From positions 22,415-86,414 of the IMG/VR virus record IMGVR_UViG_3300037308_000440: a stretch of DNA of 64,000 bases. One strand, given 5' to 3'. Origin of the DNA: a virus (Duplodnaviria; Caudoviricetes). Under the pieces are notes generated by a model. It ran no database searches. It saw nothing but the letters and a program-made list of their open reading frames with translations, and was not told the DNA's origin. Of this stretch, positions 25,894 through 35,451 are shown piece after piece (the first letter of the stretch is position 1; every line of letters begins with the position of its first letter). Position numbers and translations under genes: made by a program.

Positions 25894-26891
25894 TTCATCT
25901 TTCCTAATATATCAATAAATTCTCCCATTGCTTTTTTTCTACAACCAACTGTATCTAAAATTGTGAATCTAGCGTGTTTTCCTAATTGAAGTCTTAAATT
26001 TTTATCTTTATATAATCTTTCAACATTTTGAATAAAACTATCTAAATTATTTTCAGATACTAAACCAGTTTTTTCATGAATTAAATAATCCTGCATACCA
26101 GACATTTCAGCATTAGTTCCAACAACTGGGCATTCGGTTAACATAGCTTCTGCTGGAGGCATATGCAACCCTTCTAACATAGTTGGAGCTAACCAAACAT
26201 CTACTCTATTATAAAACTCATTTTTCATTTTAGGAGTTGGTTCTTTTAAATGCCAACTAGATCCTCTAGGCATTTCTCTAGCACCAAAAGTCCATAGTTT
26301 AATATTTTTATATTTTTCTTTCAATACTTTTTTAACTTCAAATAACCATTTAGTTCTTTTTGTTTCTTCGTGTTTTTTTGAAGCTATTAAACCACCTAAA
26401 ACAAATTCGTTATAAAGACATCTATTAGATTTTTCAAACGGGTATAGCTCATCTGAATCATAACCAGGTCTAACAATTACAGATTCAACTGCGTATTGTT
26501 TTAATTTATTTTGTAAGCATAAACTATTAACAAATTTTCTAGTTGGGACATGTAAAATTCTTTTAACAATTTCTCCCTCTGGCATCTGCCAAGTTTCCCA
26601 ACCACGAATCCAATGACATTTAATACCAGATTCTTTAGGAGCAGTCAAAGTATGCGCAACAGATTTATATCCAGTTGCAATAATAAAATCAGCAGAAGGA
26701 AGATATTGTCTTCCATCTTTCATTATGATATGCTGACAATTTAACTTATTCCAAGTATGACGATTAGAACTACTATCTAAAAATATTACTTCACACCCTT
26801 TCTCTTGTAGTATATTACCAGACTTAACTATAGTAGAAGACCCACCATTATTACCAAGACCAACCCCTCTTAAATCAAATATGATTTTCAT
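25890..26891 (-). CDS. GT4 glycosyltransferase
   Basis: IIATGYKS, EGLHMPPAEAMLTECPVV (Ex7E). Confidence 0.9.
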   Translation of the reverse strand: MKIIFDLRGVGLGNNGGSSTIVKSGNILQEKGCEVIFLDSSSNRHTWNKLNCQHIIMKDGRQYLPSADFIIATGYKSVAHTLTAPKESGIKCHWIRGWETWQMPEGEIVKRILHVPTRKFVNSLCLQNKLKQYAVESVIVRPGYDSDELYPFEKSNRCLYNEFVLGGLIASKKHEETKRTKWLFEVKKVLKEKYKNIKLWTFGAREMPRGSSWHLKEPTPKMKNEFYNRVDVWLAPTMLEGLHMPPAEAMLTECPVVGTNAEMSGMQDYLIHEKTGLVSENNLDSFIQNVERLYKDKNLRLQLGKHARFTILDTVGCRKKAMGEFIDILGKMK

Positions 26892-27660
26892 AAAAATGAA
26901 TTCCTTCTTCTATATTCTCAGTTGGAATAACTAAGGTTTTAAATGGATTTAATAATCTAATTTGATCACTAGTAGATATATTCAAATCAATAAGAGGAAT
27001 TTTCAATAATAAAGCTAACTTACTAATATCATTATTTAAATTACCAACAACAAAATCACATTTTCTTAAAAGTTCAATAATACAACCATAATAAGAACTA
27101 TTGCTATTTAATAACTTTTCAACCTGAAATTTAAATGTAGTTCTATCAATACAATGATAATTTGACACTGATCTTTTTTCAACCCCATCAAAATAGATTA
27201 TATTTTTTAGATCTTTTGTTAATGAATCAACTATAAATTTATTTCCTTCTCTTGGTCTAAAATCATAAGACATCATATTGTTTGAATATTGCCATTTAAC
27301 ATTATATCTCCATCCAATATCCGGATAGAAATGTTCAACAATATCAAACTTTTGTTTATACTTATCATAGAAAGAATTAGCTATAATCTTATAATTTTCT
27401 TCTGGATAATTTCTTATTCTAAAACATTCTTCAATATGATAAGGAGCTAATTTCAATCTCAACGGAACTAAAATATCAGCGTATTTTCCATAGAAATCAA
27501 ATCGTTCAGGTCTTGTTAAAACTATTGTAAGTATGTTTGATCTTAGTTTTTTTAAATAAATCGAATGAGCGGCAAAACGAAAAAACTCCCAAGAAAGTTC
27601 TCCTATAAATGGACCAAACAAATATGCATCACTTTTTAGCTTCCCGCTCAAGTCTATCAA
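26875..27660 (-). CDS. GT9-like glycosyltransferase (paralog of 27819)
   Basis: GPFIGELSWE..LTRPERFDFYG; CDFVVG..LALLLKIP. Confidence 0.6.
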   Translation of the reverse strand: MIDLSGKLKSDAYLFGPFIGELSWEFFRFAAHSIYLKKLRSNILTIVLTRPERFDFYGKYADILVPLRLKLAPYHIEECFRIRNYPEENYKIIANSFYDKYKQKFDIVEHFYPDIGWRYNVKWQYSNNMMSYDFRPREGNKFIVDSLTKDLKNIIYFDGVEKRSVSNYHCIDRTTFKFQVEKLLNSNSSYYGCIIELLRKCDFVVGNLNNDISKLALLLKIPLIDLNISTSDQIRLLNPFKTLVIPTENIEEGIHFYENHI

Positions 27661-27847
27661 CCTCTTTTTGTAGTTTAGTTACTTCACTAATAGCTCCATT
27701 AAATAACCAATTAATTTCCATAAAATTCAAATTTCTTCCCATACTACCAGCAGTTGAATCTTGAAATGTCATCTCTTGTATTCTTTTTTGAATTTCTTCA
27801 ATTTTTTTCTTGTTACTCTCAAGCCACGCGTTGTTGCTTCTTTCCAT
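27629..27847 (-). CDS. small coiled-coil protein
   Basis: 72-aa ORF coupled on both sides. Confidence 0.65.
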   Translation of the reverse strand: MERSNNAWLESNKKKIEEIQKRIQEMTFQDSTAGSMGRNLNFMEINWLFNGAISEVTKLQKEVDRLEREAKK

Positions 27848-28763
27848 ATTCTCTCCTTATCTTCTCATAAAGTAAATTCTCTAAATGAGCAAGAACTAGT
27901 TTTGGTTCTATATCGAAATTTTGACTATCTAAAAATGTTACAGGAGTTCCTTTTATATTATAAGTTTTAGTATGATATTGTTTTTCGTTGCCAAATTCTA
28001 AAGCTTCAACTCCAAATAATAATGATATATTAGGAATTGCACTTTGTGATCCAAATGTAAAAAATGCATTTTTTATTACTACCATTAATAATCCTACAAT
28101 AGAAGAATAGTTTCTAGGAGTAATTTTATTCATATCATAAAATCTATCACGTTCATCAGGAATATATTCTCCTGGTTTACCACAAACAATAAAATTAAAA
28201 TCTTTCTTTAAAGTTTCATTCTCCCATAAAAGATCATAAAATTCTTTCCAATAAGGCCAATTTCTTTTAAATCCTTTTCTTAATCTAGCAGCTAAAACAA
28301 CTAATGGTTTATCCTTTGGTAAATAATCATTCATTAATAAATAGTTTTCATCTCGTGGTTCATATTCATAAACCATTTGTTTATTTGGAAATTGATTTTT
28401 ATTTACAAAATAACCCTTAGAAATATTAGGAACATAATGATCTAATATATCAAATCTTTTTTCATATTTTGATCTAAAATCTCTAGTTAATTTTTGATAT
28501 TCTTCAACAGGATAATTCATCAATCTAAAACATTCTGGTTGCCTACTCTTATAATCATCTTCAATTCTTAACGGAACAAATATACTAGCTTTTTTACCAT
28601 AAATATCAAATCTTTCTTCTCTAGTTAATACAATATATTTAATATCTTTTTTTGGGTATTTAACTTTTTGAAGGTATGGAAGAATAGGGGCGAATCTAAA
28701 AAATTCCCAAAAAAATTCCCCAACAAAAGGACCCATTAAGATTGCTTTTTCCATAATCACCAA
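27819..28763 (-). CDS. GT9-like glycosyltransferase (paralog of 26875)
   Basis: GPFVGEFFWE..LTREERFDIYG; RNWPYW; GSQSAIPNISLLFG. Confidence 0.65.
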   Translation of the reverse strand: MVIMEKAILMGPFVGEFFWEFFRFAPILPYLQKVKYPKKDIKYIVLTREERFDIYGKKASIFVPLRIEDDYKSRQPECFRLMNYPVEEYQKLTRDFRSKYEKRFDILDHYVPNISKGYFVNKNQFPNKQMVYEYEPRDENYLLMNDYLPKDKPLVVLAARLRKGFKRNWPYWKEFYDLLWENETLKKDFNFIVCGKPGEYIPDERDRFYDMNKITPRNYSSIVGLLMVVIKNAFFTFGSQSAIPNISLLFGVEALEFGNEKQYHTKTYNIKGTPVTFLDSQNFDIEPKLVLAHLENLLYEKIRREYGKKQQRVA

Positions 28764-29587
28764 TCATTAAGCAAATGTTTATCATCTTTAATCATTTTAT
28801 AGAACTCTTCAAAAGTTAAATTTGAAATATGCTCTTCACTTTCTTCAAAACAAATGAGTTTTTCTTTATCCGCCTTATTTCTATTTTGAGTTAACTTATT
28901 ACAAACCGAACCTGCAAATCTACCACAATGTATTGCAAGTTTTGTTTTTAATCCCATAATATATGGTTTTCCACCAGTTGATTTTCCTAACTTGTGCCAA
29001 TATAATTGATCATGTTTTTTATTCTGCCCAACCAACTGTTTTAAATCTAATACTCCTACTTCTGAAAAAAAGTTTGGTCTAACAGTCCAAAATCCTGAAC
29101 CACCAAGTCTTCCAGATTTCGCTTCAATTTTTTCATCAATAACTGTATATTCTTCTGTATTCTTAATTCCTCCTGGAAGTTGTCCTATAACTTTAATATT
29201 ATGTAACTTATTTTTCTTAACATGTTTCCATGCAGCATGAACTTTTACATCCCAATCTGGAGTAACAATTATATCATTATCCATAATAACCAAAAAATCA
29301 TAGTTATCTTTTAATGGATCTTGTTCATGCCACAATCCAAATTGATTACATGCTGCAGCTTTACTAAATGCATTATAAGTCGATGCATCTGTATTGAATA
29401 CTATTTGACTTATATACCCTTGACGATACATCTTCATAAAATAAGCAAAATGTTCATCAATTAAATAATTAGTTTGATTATTATAAACGTATAATTGATA
29501 TGGAGTTTTTGTATGTAATCGTAAAGCTTTTAAACATTTTTGAGTCATTGCCAGACGATTTCTGACAGTAACAAAAACCTTTATCAT
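28757..29587 (-). CDS. GT2 glycosyltransferase
   Basis: VFVTVRNRL, VYNN, MDNDIIV (DxD). Confidence 0.85.
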   Translation of the reverse strand: MIKVFVTVRNRLAMTQKCLKALRLHTKTPYQLYVYNNQTNYLIDEHFAYFMKMYRQGYISQIVFNTDASTYNAFSKAAACNQFGLWHEQDPLKDNYDFLVIMDNDIIVTPDWDVKVHAAWKHVKKNKLHNIKVIGQLPGGIKNTEEYTVIDEKIEAKSGRLGGSGFWTVRPNFFSEVGVLDLKQLVGQNKKHDQLYWHKLGKSTGGKPYIMGLKTKLAIHCGRFAGSVCNKLTQNRNKADKEKLICFEESEEHISNLTFEEFYKMIKDDKHLLNDW

Positions 29588-30873
29588 TTTATAAGATCCT
29601 CAAATTTATCTACTAAGCTTATTAGTTTTTCTTTAGTATTTATAAGTTCATCATAACATGGACTATATCCATCAAATGAAGCATATTGACATGGTTTAGG
29701 ACTATGAATAAAACAAGGAGAACAATGTCTTTTTGCGTCAACCCAAGATGCTTTAGGATATGTTGAAAGTCTAATTTCTCCCGGAAATGGACCATAGATT
29801 CCAAAGCATGGAATATCTAAAGAAGCTGCAATATGATTCATAGCAGAATCAGTAGCAATAACAGCTTTAGCTAATTTAGTTAATGCAATAGAATGAGCAA
29901 TACTTTCTGAATACTGACAAAAATTATAAACCATTTCTGGTTTTTCTAATAATTTAATAAACTCTGTAACTTTATCTTTTTGTCTAGGATTATCAGTTAA
30001 AATTACTTTATAACCTCTTCTATTTAGTTCATTTATTATTTGTTCCCAAAATTCGTGCCTTGGGGTTCTTATTGGAGAACTAGCTCTTAATTGCATCAAA
30101 ATAAATGAACCATCTTCAATATTCCATTTAGATAGAACTTCTTTACATTTTATAATTAAATCTTCATCAGGATCTTGTTTCGGAACTAATTTTTCATCAG
30201 GTATATTCAATCCCATCCATTTACTAAATAATCTTAAAGCATTAACAGTCTCGGCTTCTTTACATCTTTCAATTACACCTTCAAATAAAACATGATAGTC
30301 AGAATCAATCAAAGCACTAAATGCGAATGGTAAATCTAACACTTCATCCACACATTCCCAAGTGTTAACCATTGATTGATATTGCGGACCACATGCAAAT
30401 TTGATATAACATGTAGGATATTTTTCTTTTAGATAAATAAGATTTGGTTGAATAAATAATAGATCACCAATACCACCAGTTCTAAAAACTAGAATTGATT
30501 TATCAGTTAAATCCTGACCAATATATGGTCTATAAAAATTTTTAAATTTAACAGAAGCTGGTCTTAAAAGTTTCTTACCATTTATTACTGCTAGCTGTTG
30601 ATATACTCCAAGACCCATAACGTATTTAACATTTTTCTTTACACTTTGTTTTTTGAAGTAATTTTGAATAAACGAAAAATCACGTCTAGCTTCTGCAATA
30701 ATAATATTTGGGGGGGTATTACGAAGTTCGTCAATGGTGTTAACAAAATTAACTCCTTGCATTGTTAATCCCATTTCTCGCATTACGGTTGAACTAGGAA
30801 GTTTAAAATCTTTTTGAACTACATCATCTACCCATATTCCTCTATTAGATTTCTGCATTCTCTGAGGTAGCAT
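29584..30873 (-). CDS. GT9 (ADP-heptose:LPS heptosyltransferase-like)
   Basis: RTGGIGDLLFIQP, IATDSAMNHIAASLDIPCFGIYGP, CSPC. Confidence 0.9.
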   Translation of the reverse strand: MLPQRMQKSNRGIWVDDVVQKDFKLPSSTVMREMGLTMQGVNFVNTIDELRNTPPNIIIAEARRDFSFIQNYFKKQSVKKNVKYVMGLGVYQQLAVINGKKLLRPASVKFKNFYRPYIGQDLTDKSILVFRTGGIGDLLFIQPNLIYLKEKYPTCYIKFACGPQYQSMVNTWECVDEVLDLPFAFSALIDSDYHVLFEGVIERCKEAETVNALRLFSKWMGLNIPDEKLVPKQDPDEDLIIKCKEVLSKWNIEDGSFILMQLRASSPIRTPRHEFWEQIINELNRRGYKVILTDNPRQKDKVTEFIKLLEKPEMVYNFCQYSESIAHSIALTKLAKAVIATDSAMNHIAASLDIPCFGIYGPFPGEIRLSTYPKASWVDAKRHCSPCFIHSPKPCQYASFDGYSPCYDELINTKEKLISLVDKFEDLIK

Positions 30874-30898
30874 TTACAATTCCTTTCAGATTTCATTG

Positions 30899-31624
30899 TT
30901 ATTCGTCAGCGTTTGAATCTTCGCCCATATAACCTTTATGGCCATCTTCTCCCATAAAACCAAATTTTCCACCAGGACCTTGAAGGCCTTCATCTAATAG
31001 ATTATCAACCATTTCTCCAACTTTTGATTTCACGGCTGAATCAACATCTAGAACCTTTTGTTCTGTATCATCAGTAGCATTTTCAGGTGGTTCCGCTTCT
31101 GGTGGTGGTTCTGAAGAAGCATTTTGTTCAGGGGCTTCTGGTTCGTTTTGTTCAAGAAGATTATCAATCATTTCTCCAAGCATTTCATCTCTAATATCAT
31201 CATATAATTCATCTGCTTTTTGATTAGGAACATGATTTATTTCATTTTCTTCTTTCTGATCATTTTGTTCTTCCGCTGGACCATCATCATATTCTGAATC
31301 TTCCCATTCTTCATTTTCATCTTCATATTCATCTTTTAAATCAACTATTCCATTATCATCAGTTAATTCATCTTCAATAAATCCAGGAAATGTTTGTTCA
31401 TTTGAAACACCAAACTTATGTTGCTCTGGATTTTCATATGGTCTTGCTGATACAGTTAAATTTTCCTTACCTTCATCCGGAGGGTTGTCTTCAATAAAAC
31501 TTGTTTCTGAAAGAGAATCTAATATTTTATCAATTTTTCTTTCAAGTCTCATTTTTCTAAAATCTTCATACATCTCACTCATTTCATCAAGTAAAAAACC
31601 TTTTTTATAAGTAACTTTCTTCAT
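30899..31624 (-). CDS. highly acidic putative capsid-internal/scaffold-like protein
   Basis: IDKILDSLSE tag, E/D-rich, repeated EMIDNLLE/EMVDNLLDE. Confidence 0.55.
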   Translation of the reverse strand: MKKVTYKKGFLLDEMSEMYEDFRKMRLERKIDKILDSLSETSFIEDNPPDEGKENLTVSARPYENPEQHKFGVSNEQTFPGFIEDELTDDNGIVDLKDEYEDENEEWEDSEYDDGPAEEQNDQKEENEINHVPNQKADELYDDIRDEMLGEMIDNLLEQNEPEAPEQNASSEPPPEAEPPENATDDTEQKVLDVDSAVKSKVGEMVDNLLDEGLQGPGGKFGFMGEDGHKGYMGEDSNADE

Positions 31625-31658
31625 TGAAGATATCCTCCAAACCACTCACAGATTATCA

Positions 31659-31685
31659 GAGTGGCGAGAATTAATCCCGCCACTC
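31659..31685 (-). terminator. GC-rich hairpin after 31701
   Basis: GAGTGGCG/CGCCACTC stem; no strong T-tract. Confidence 0.5.
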
Positions 31686-31700
31686 ATCAAAGATTTAAAA

Positions 31701-32456
31701 TTAACCAATTGAAGCAGCTTCTGCTTTTGCTTTTGCAACTTTCTTTGCAAGAGAAGCTTTGCATTTTTCAGGATTGTTTGAACTTGCACATTTTGACATT
31801 CCTGCTTGTAATGCAGCAGCTTTGGCAAGAGCAGCTTTCTTTTTGAATCCTTTAATACAAGCAGCTCTATCGGCAGCACCCTTACATTCTTTTGCAGCCT
31901 TTGAGAAGAATCTTTTGTAAGCAGCATAAGAAGCAGCTGTAGCAGCAGCAATAGCTAGAGCAATACCAATACCTTTCTTATGTTCTCCAGCAAATTTACC
32001 AACAGCTGCAGCTCCTGTTTTAACACCTTCTTTACCAGCAGCGTACCCTTTTTTAGCAGCAGCAACTGTAGCGGCAGGAGCTCCTTTCACTTTTTCTTTG
32101 GCAGTTCTTAAAGCCAAACCTACTTTTTGTGCTTTTCCTACTGGTTCATAAGCATACCCAGTCTTTAATCCTTGTAGTCCTCTTTTAACATTTGAAACAA
32201 CTTTTCCAACTTTATCACCAAGAGCCTCTACAATCAATCCTTCAACAACAGTTTCTGTTCTTGAAAGCAATTCAGATTCTTGAATAAAACCAGTAGCAAT
32301 ATTACCAGTGGCTAGATAATATAGTAACTCGTCTTTACCAGCTACTGAAACATACTCTAACAAATCAACCTTTCTGCTCTTTTCCATATCTAATTCTGAA
32401 ATAAAAGCAGCTGTAAAAACTTGTAGTACGTCGCGATCCATATGAGATTCCTCCAT
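31701..32456 (-). CDS. Ala/Lys-rich putative virion protein with TM helix and 4-Cys C-terminal domain
   Basis: GIGIALAIAAATAASYAAYKRFFSK..C-x8-C-x22-C-x8-C; likely start 32441. Confidence 0.6.
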   Translation of the reverse strand: MEESHMDRDVLQVFTAAFISELDMEKSRKVDLLEYVSVAGKDELLYYLATGNIATGFIQESELLSRTETVVEGLIVEALGDKVGKVVSNVKRGLQGLKTGYAYEPVGKAQKVGLALRTAKEKVKGAPAATVAAAKKGYAAGKEGVKTGAAAVGKFAGEHKKGIGIALAIAAATAASYAAYKRFFSKAAKECKGAADRAACIKGFKKKAALAKAAALQAGMSKCASSNNPEKCKASLAKKVAKAKAEAASIG

Positions 32457-32497
32457 ATTTAGAATTTAAAAATCAACTTAAGTAAGTAGATTCAAAT

Positions 32498-32513
32498 TTA
32501 TATTTTGTTCTAA
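32498..32513 (-). promoter_or_regulatory. phage motif A
   Basis: TTAGAACAAAATATAA(ATTTGAA), 20 nt identical to the 14556 copy. Confidence 0.6.
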
Positions 32514-32527
32514 TTTTTTTTAAAGAA

Positions 32528-33571
32528 CTACTTGCCCATTCCCTTGACATCTGAAATGGTTCTGATTAGTAATCCATTTGCTACTGCAGTTAATGGATTT
32601 TGCGCTCTTCTAACCTCAGAAATTTCAAACGGAAGTTCATAACCAGAGATAACATCCTTGAACATTTCAACAAATCCTTTGGGCATGCTAGTCCCGCCAG
32701 AAACTACAATAGGAATAGCATCACTAATTTCAACATCAACTTTTTCGTCAAACTCTTTAATTATTTTCTTTACTGTATATTCAATTAGTGCTTTATGATA
32801 ATAATAAAGTGCTTCCAATACTCTTTTAGTTTTCTTATTTTGAACTTCAACTTCTCCACTTAATTGCATATATTTTTCTTTAACACTAGTAACTCTATTT
32901 GGCAACATTCCAAGAGAATCAGCAGCTTGTTTATCAATCCAGTCTCCAGATCTTGCAGTTGAAAATGTTAGTGCTTCAACTCCTTTATATGATATAGCTA
33001 CATTTGCCATACCAGCGCCAAAACTAATTGCCATGCCACTAAACTTCTCTTTAGCACATTCAGAATAAATAATTGCCATAGCTTCATTAACAGATGTATA
33101 ATTTACACCTAAACTCTTTAAAATTCTTGCAAAAACATTCTCGTGATATGTAACAGATCTTTCTTCATCAATAGCTTGTGCAGGAATTGAATATGAGCAA
33201 TAAGCCTCTTTTCCTTTAACATCTCCAATAAGATTCTTTATCATTAAAGTAAGAACGTCAATTGCTGAAATTTCTTTTGGTGAAATAAGTCCTTTTTCCA
33301 TTGGTCTTGAAACTTCTTTACCAAAAATATTTGCATATGTAAATGCATCAGAACCAATTATATATAATTGTCCTTCATCCCCTTCAACATAACTAATTTC
33401 ACTAAGATCAGAAATATGTGTTTCTGGTTCAAGTTTCAAAAATACATTTCTTGTAATTTTAACATCTGGAGAATCTGATCTGGCACAAACTAAATGCATT
33501 GTCCCGCAATCTAACCCAATAGATACAATATTACTTTTCTTCTTTTCTTCTTGTTTTACTTCTTCTGCCAT
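32528..33571 (-). CDS. actin-like ATPase (ParM/MreB/FtsA superfamily)
   Basis: Phosphate-1 IGLDCGT, connect-1 VNEAMAII, phosphate-2 SFGAGMAN, adenosine VVSGGTS. Confidence 0.85.
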   Translation of the reverse strand: MAEEVKQEEKKKSNIVSIGLDCGTMHLVCARSDSPDVKITRNVFLKLEPETHISDLSEISYVEGDEGQLYIIGSDAFTYANIFGKEVSRPMEKGLISPKEISAIDVLTLMIKNLIGDVKGKEAYCSYSIPAQAIDEERSVTYHENVFARILKSLGVNYTSVNEAMAIIYSECAKEKFSGMAISFGAGMANVAISYKGVEALTFSTARSGDWIDKQAADSLGMLPNRVTSVKEKYMQLSGEVEVQNKKTKRVLEALYYYHKALIEYTVKKIIKEFDEKVDVEISDAIPIVVSGGTSMPKGFVEMFKDVISGYELPFEISEVRRAQNPLTAVANGLLIRTISDVKGMGK

Positions 33572-34149
33572 TTCTTGCCTCCGCCATTTAATAACTTCGA
33601 TAACAACTCTGCTGAATCATTTAATTTTTCATTATTCTGTTCAATAACATCTTCTTTAAAATCTCCCTTCATTGACATTCCTTTAATATCAATTTCAGGT
33701 ATAAACCCATCAAGTTCTTCAATATCAGGCTCTTTTTTAAAAGAAGGTTTTTGTATATCAATTTGTTCTGAATTTTTAAGATTTTTAATAAGAACTTCTA
33801 AAAAATCAAGTTTATTTTTTATTTTATCATTTGAATCAGTTTGTTTATTTACTAAAACTTTAGAAAGCATATCTTCTAAACGATCTAATCTTTTTTCTAA
33901 ATTATTTGTATCTGTTTTTTCTTTCTTTTTATTAATTACTAAATCGCGAGATTTCAATACTTTTTCTCCAGATTGACTTTTTGAAACAATTGTAAAATCT
34001 TTAATACCATTTGATCTGAGATAAGAAAGAACTAGCGACAAATCACACTTAGTTATATCAAGTTCAGTAGGAGTTCTGGCAGGATTTAATCCAGGTATGC
34101 TTACATACAACCCTTTATCCTTTATCTTTAAGACTGTTGCTCCATCCAT
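33556..34149 (-). CDS. hypothetical coiled-coil protein, coupled to actin-like gene
   Basis: 197-aa ORF overlapping 33571. Confidence 0.75.
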   Translation of the reverse strand: MDGATVLKIKDKGLYVSIPGLNPARTPTELDITKCDLSLVLSYLRSNGIKDFTIVSKSQSGEKVLKSRDLVINKKKEKTDTNNLEKRLDRLEDMLSKVLVNKQTDSNDKIKNKLDFLEVLIKNLKNSEQIDIQKPSFKKEPDIEELDGFIPEIDIKGMSMKGDFKEDVIEQNNEKLNDSAELLSKLLNGGGKKWQKK

Positions 34150-34424
34150 AAGTTTTCTCTAACCACCAATTTCCCATCTTCTATTTTTACTTCAATCCCA
34201 TTCATTTTAATACTTTGAATATTAAATGAACCATCACCATCCATACTAAATTTCTTACTATTTTCTTTCATATCTGGGTCTACATCAACTACAAATGAAT
34301 GACCAGGACCAGCTAAAGCTCTAATATAAGAAATCAACTTAATTAACTGGTGGTCATAATCTCTAACTCTAACAGTCATTATATATTCATCTTTATCTAG
34401 AGGTTTATCTTCCACGCTTAACAC
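34128..34424 (-). CDS. hypothetical protein
   Basis: GHSFVVDVDP..DGDGS. Confidence 0.7.
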   Translation of the reverse strand: MLSVEDKPLDKDEYIMTVRVRDYDHQLIKLISYIRALAGPGHSFVVDVDPDMKENSKKFSMDGDGSFNIQSIKMNGIEVKIEDGKLVVRENLWMEQQS

Positions 34425-34965
34425 CTCCTTGAATAATTCTTAAATACTCTTCAATTTTATTACTATCACTAAAATTATTATCAGGGTATGAAACTATTTC
34501 TCTTTCGGGATTTAAAACTTTTATTAAAGCTTTCTTTTGATCTGGATGTATTAGTAATTCAGCTACTCCAACTTCACTAATCCATTTATAATCCTGATGT
34601 TCTTTTGATAGTTTAACTTCTTGATTTTGATTTTTCATTCTACAAAGAAAGTTATAACAAGTAGTTTTTCTAGTACCCCCCATAGCATAATAAATATATG
34701 TATCTATCATATCACCAGGAATTATATCCAAACCTGTTTCTTCTTTTGCTTCTCTTACCACACAATGTTTTAAATCTTCGCCTGGTGGTTTATCACATTT
34801 TCCTCTTGGTAATTCCCAATGATTTGGCCAATGATCATTCTTTGCTCTTTTTATCATTAAAACTGAATTGACCCCATTCTCAGTTCTCATAATTATAGCA
34901 CAAGCAACATTAACAGTTTGTTTCACATTTTTATCAGTAAAAAGATCTTCTTTTATTTTTTTCAT
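34405..34965 (-). CDS. NUDIX hydrolase
   Basis: WELPRGK..VVREAKEETGL Nudix box; C-terminal IEEYLRIIQ tag. Confidence 0.92.
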   Translation of the reverse strand: MKKIKEDLFTDKNVKQTVNVACAIIMRTENGVNSVLMIKRAKNDHWPNHWELPRGKCDKPPGEDLKHCVVREAKEETGLDIIPGDMIDTYIYYAMGGTRKTTCYNFLCRMKNQNQEVKLSKEHQDYKWISEVGVAELLIHPDQKKALIKVLNPEREIVSYPDNNFSDSNKIEEYLRIIQGGVKRGR

Positions 34966-35450
34966 AACGAGAATAACTCCACGCTATCATCAATGTTTTT
35001 CTTAAGCCTTTTTAATTTATCATATTTTATTTTATCTTTTTTACCTATTATAATTATACTTTTATCTATTTCATTTTCCATATTATTTAGATTATTTTTA
35101 AGGGAATCTAATTTATTTTTAATATTTTCATCAAAAATTCCTCTTTTTTCTTGTCTTCTAATTATTTTTTCATAATTTTTTATACTACATTTAATTGAAC
35201 AATATTCCTGAAATAATCCATTTACTCCAGTTAATCTAGTGAACAATTCAGTAGCACTCTTTAAAGCTAACCCCAAAAAATATGTTCCTGTAATATAAGA
35301 AAATGCCCCTCCAATAATTTCAGATGATAATGTTAATTTTAAACTTTTAGAGTTATCTTTTATATATTTTCTACACTCTTTTCTACAAGTAGAAAAATAT
35401 CCTTCTTCTTGTATTTTATGTAACTGATTAGATAAATAATGATTATTCAT
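34962..35450 (-). CDS. putative capsid-internal protein with hydrophobic helix
   Basis: NNHYLSNQLHKIQE tag; IIGGAFSYITGTYFLGLAL. Confidence 0.55.
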   Translation of the reverse strand: MNNHYLSNQLHKIQEEGYFSTCRKECRKYIKDNSKSLKLTLSSEIIGGAFSYITGTYFLGLALKSATELFTRLTGVNGLFQEYCSIKCSIKNYEKIIRRQEKRGIFDENIKNKLDSLKNNLNNMENEIDKSIIIIGKKDKIKYDKLKRLKKNIDDSVELFSL

Positions 35451-35451
35451 A

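Noticed and set aside
31646-31951. ORFs 31646..31951(-) and 31661..31846(+)
   Set aside because: Out-of-frame shadows of the Ala/Lys-rich gene 31701..32456
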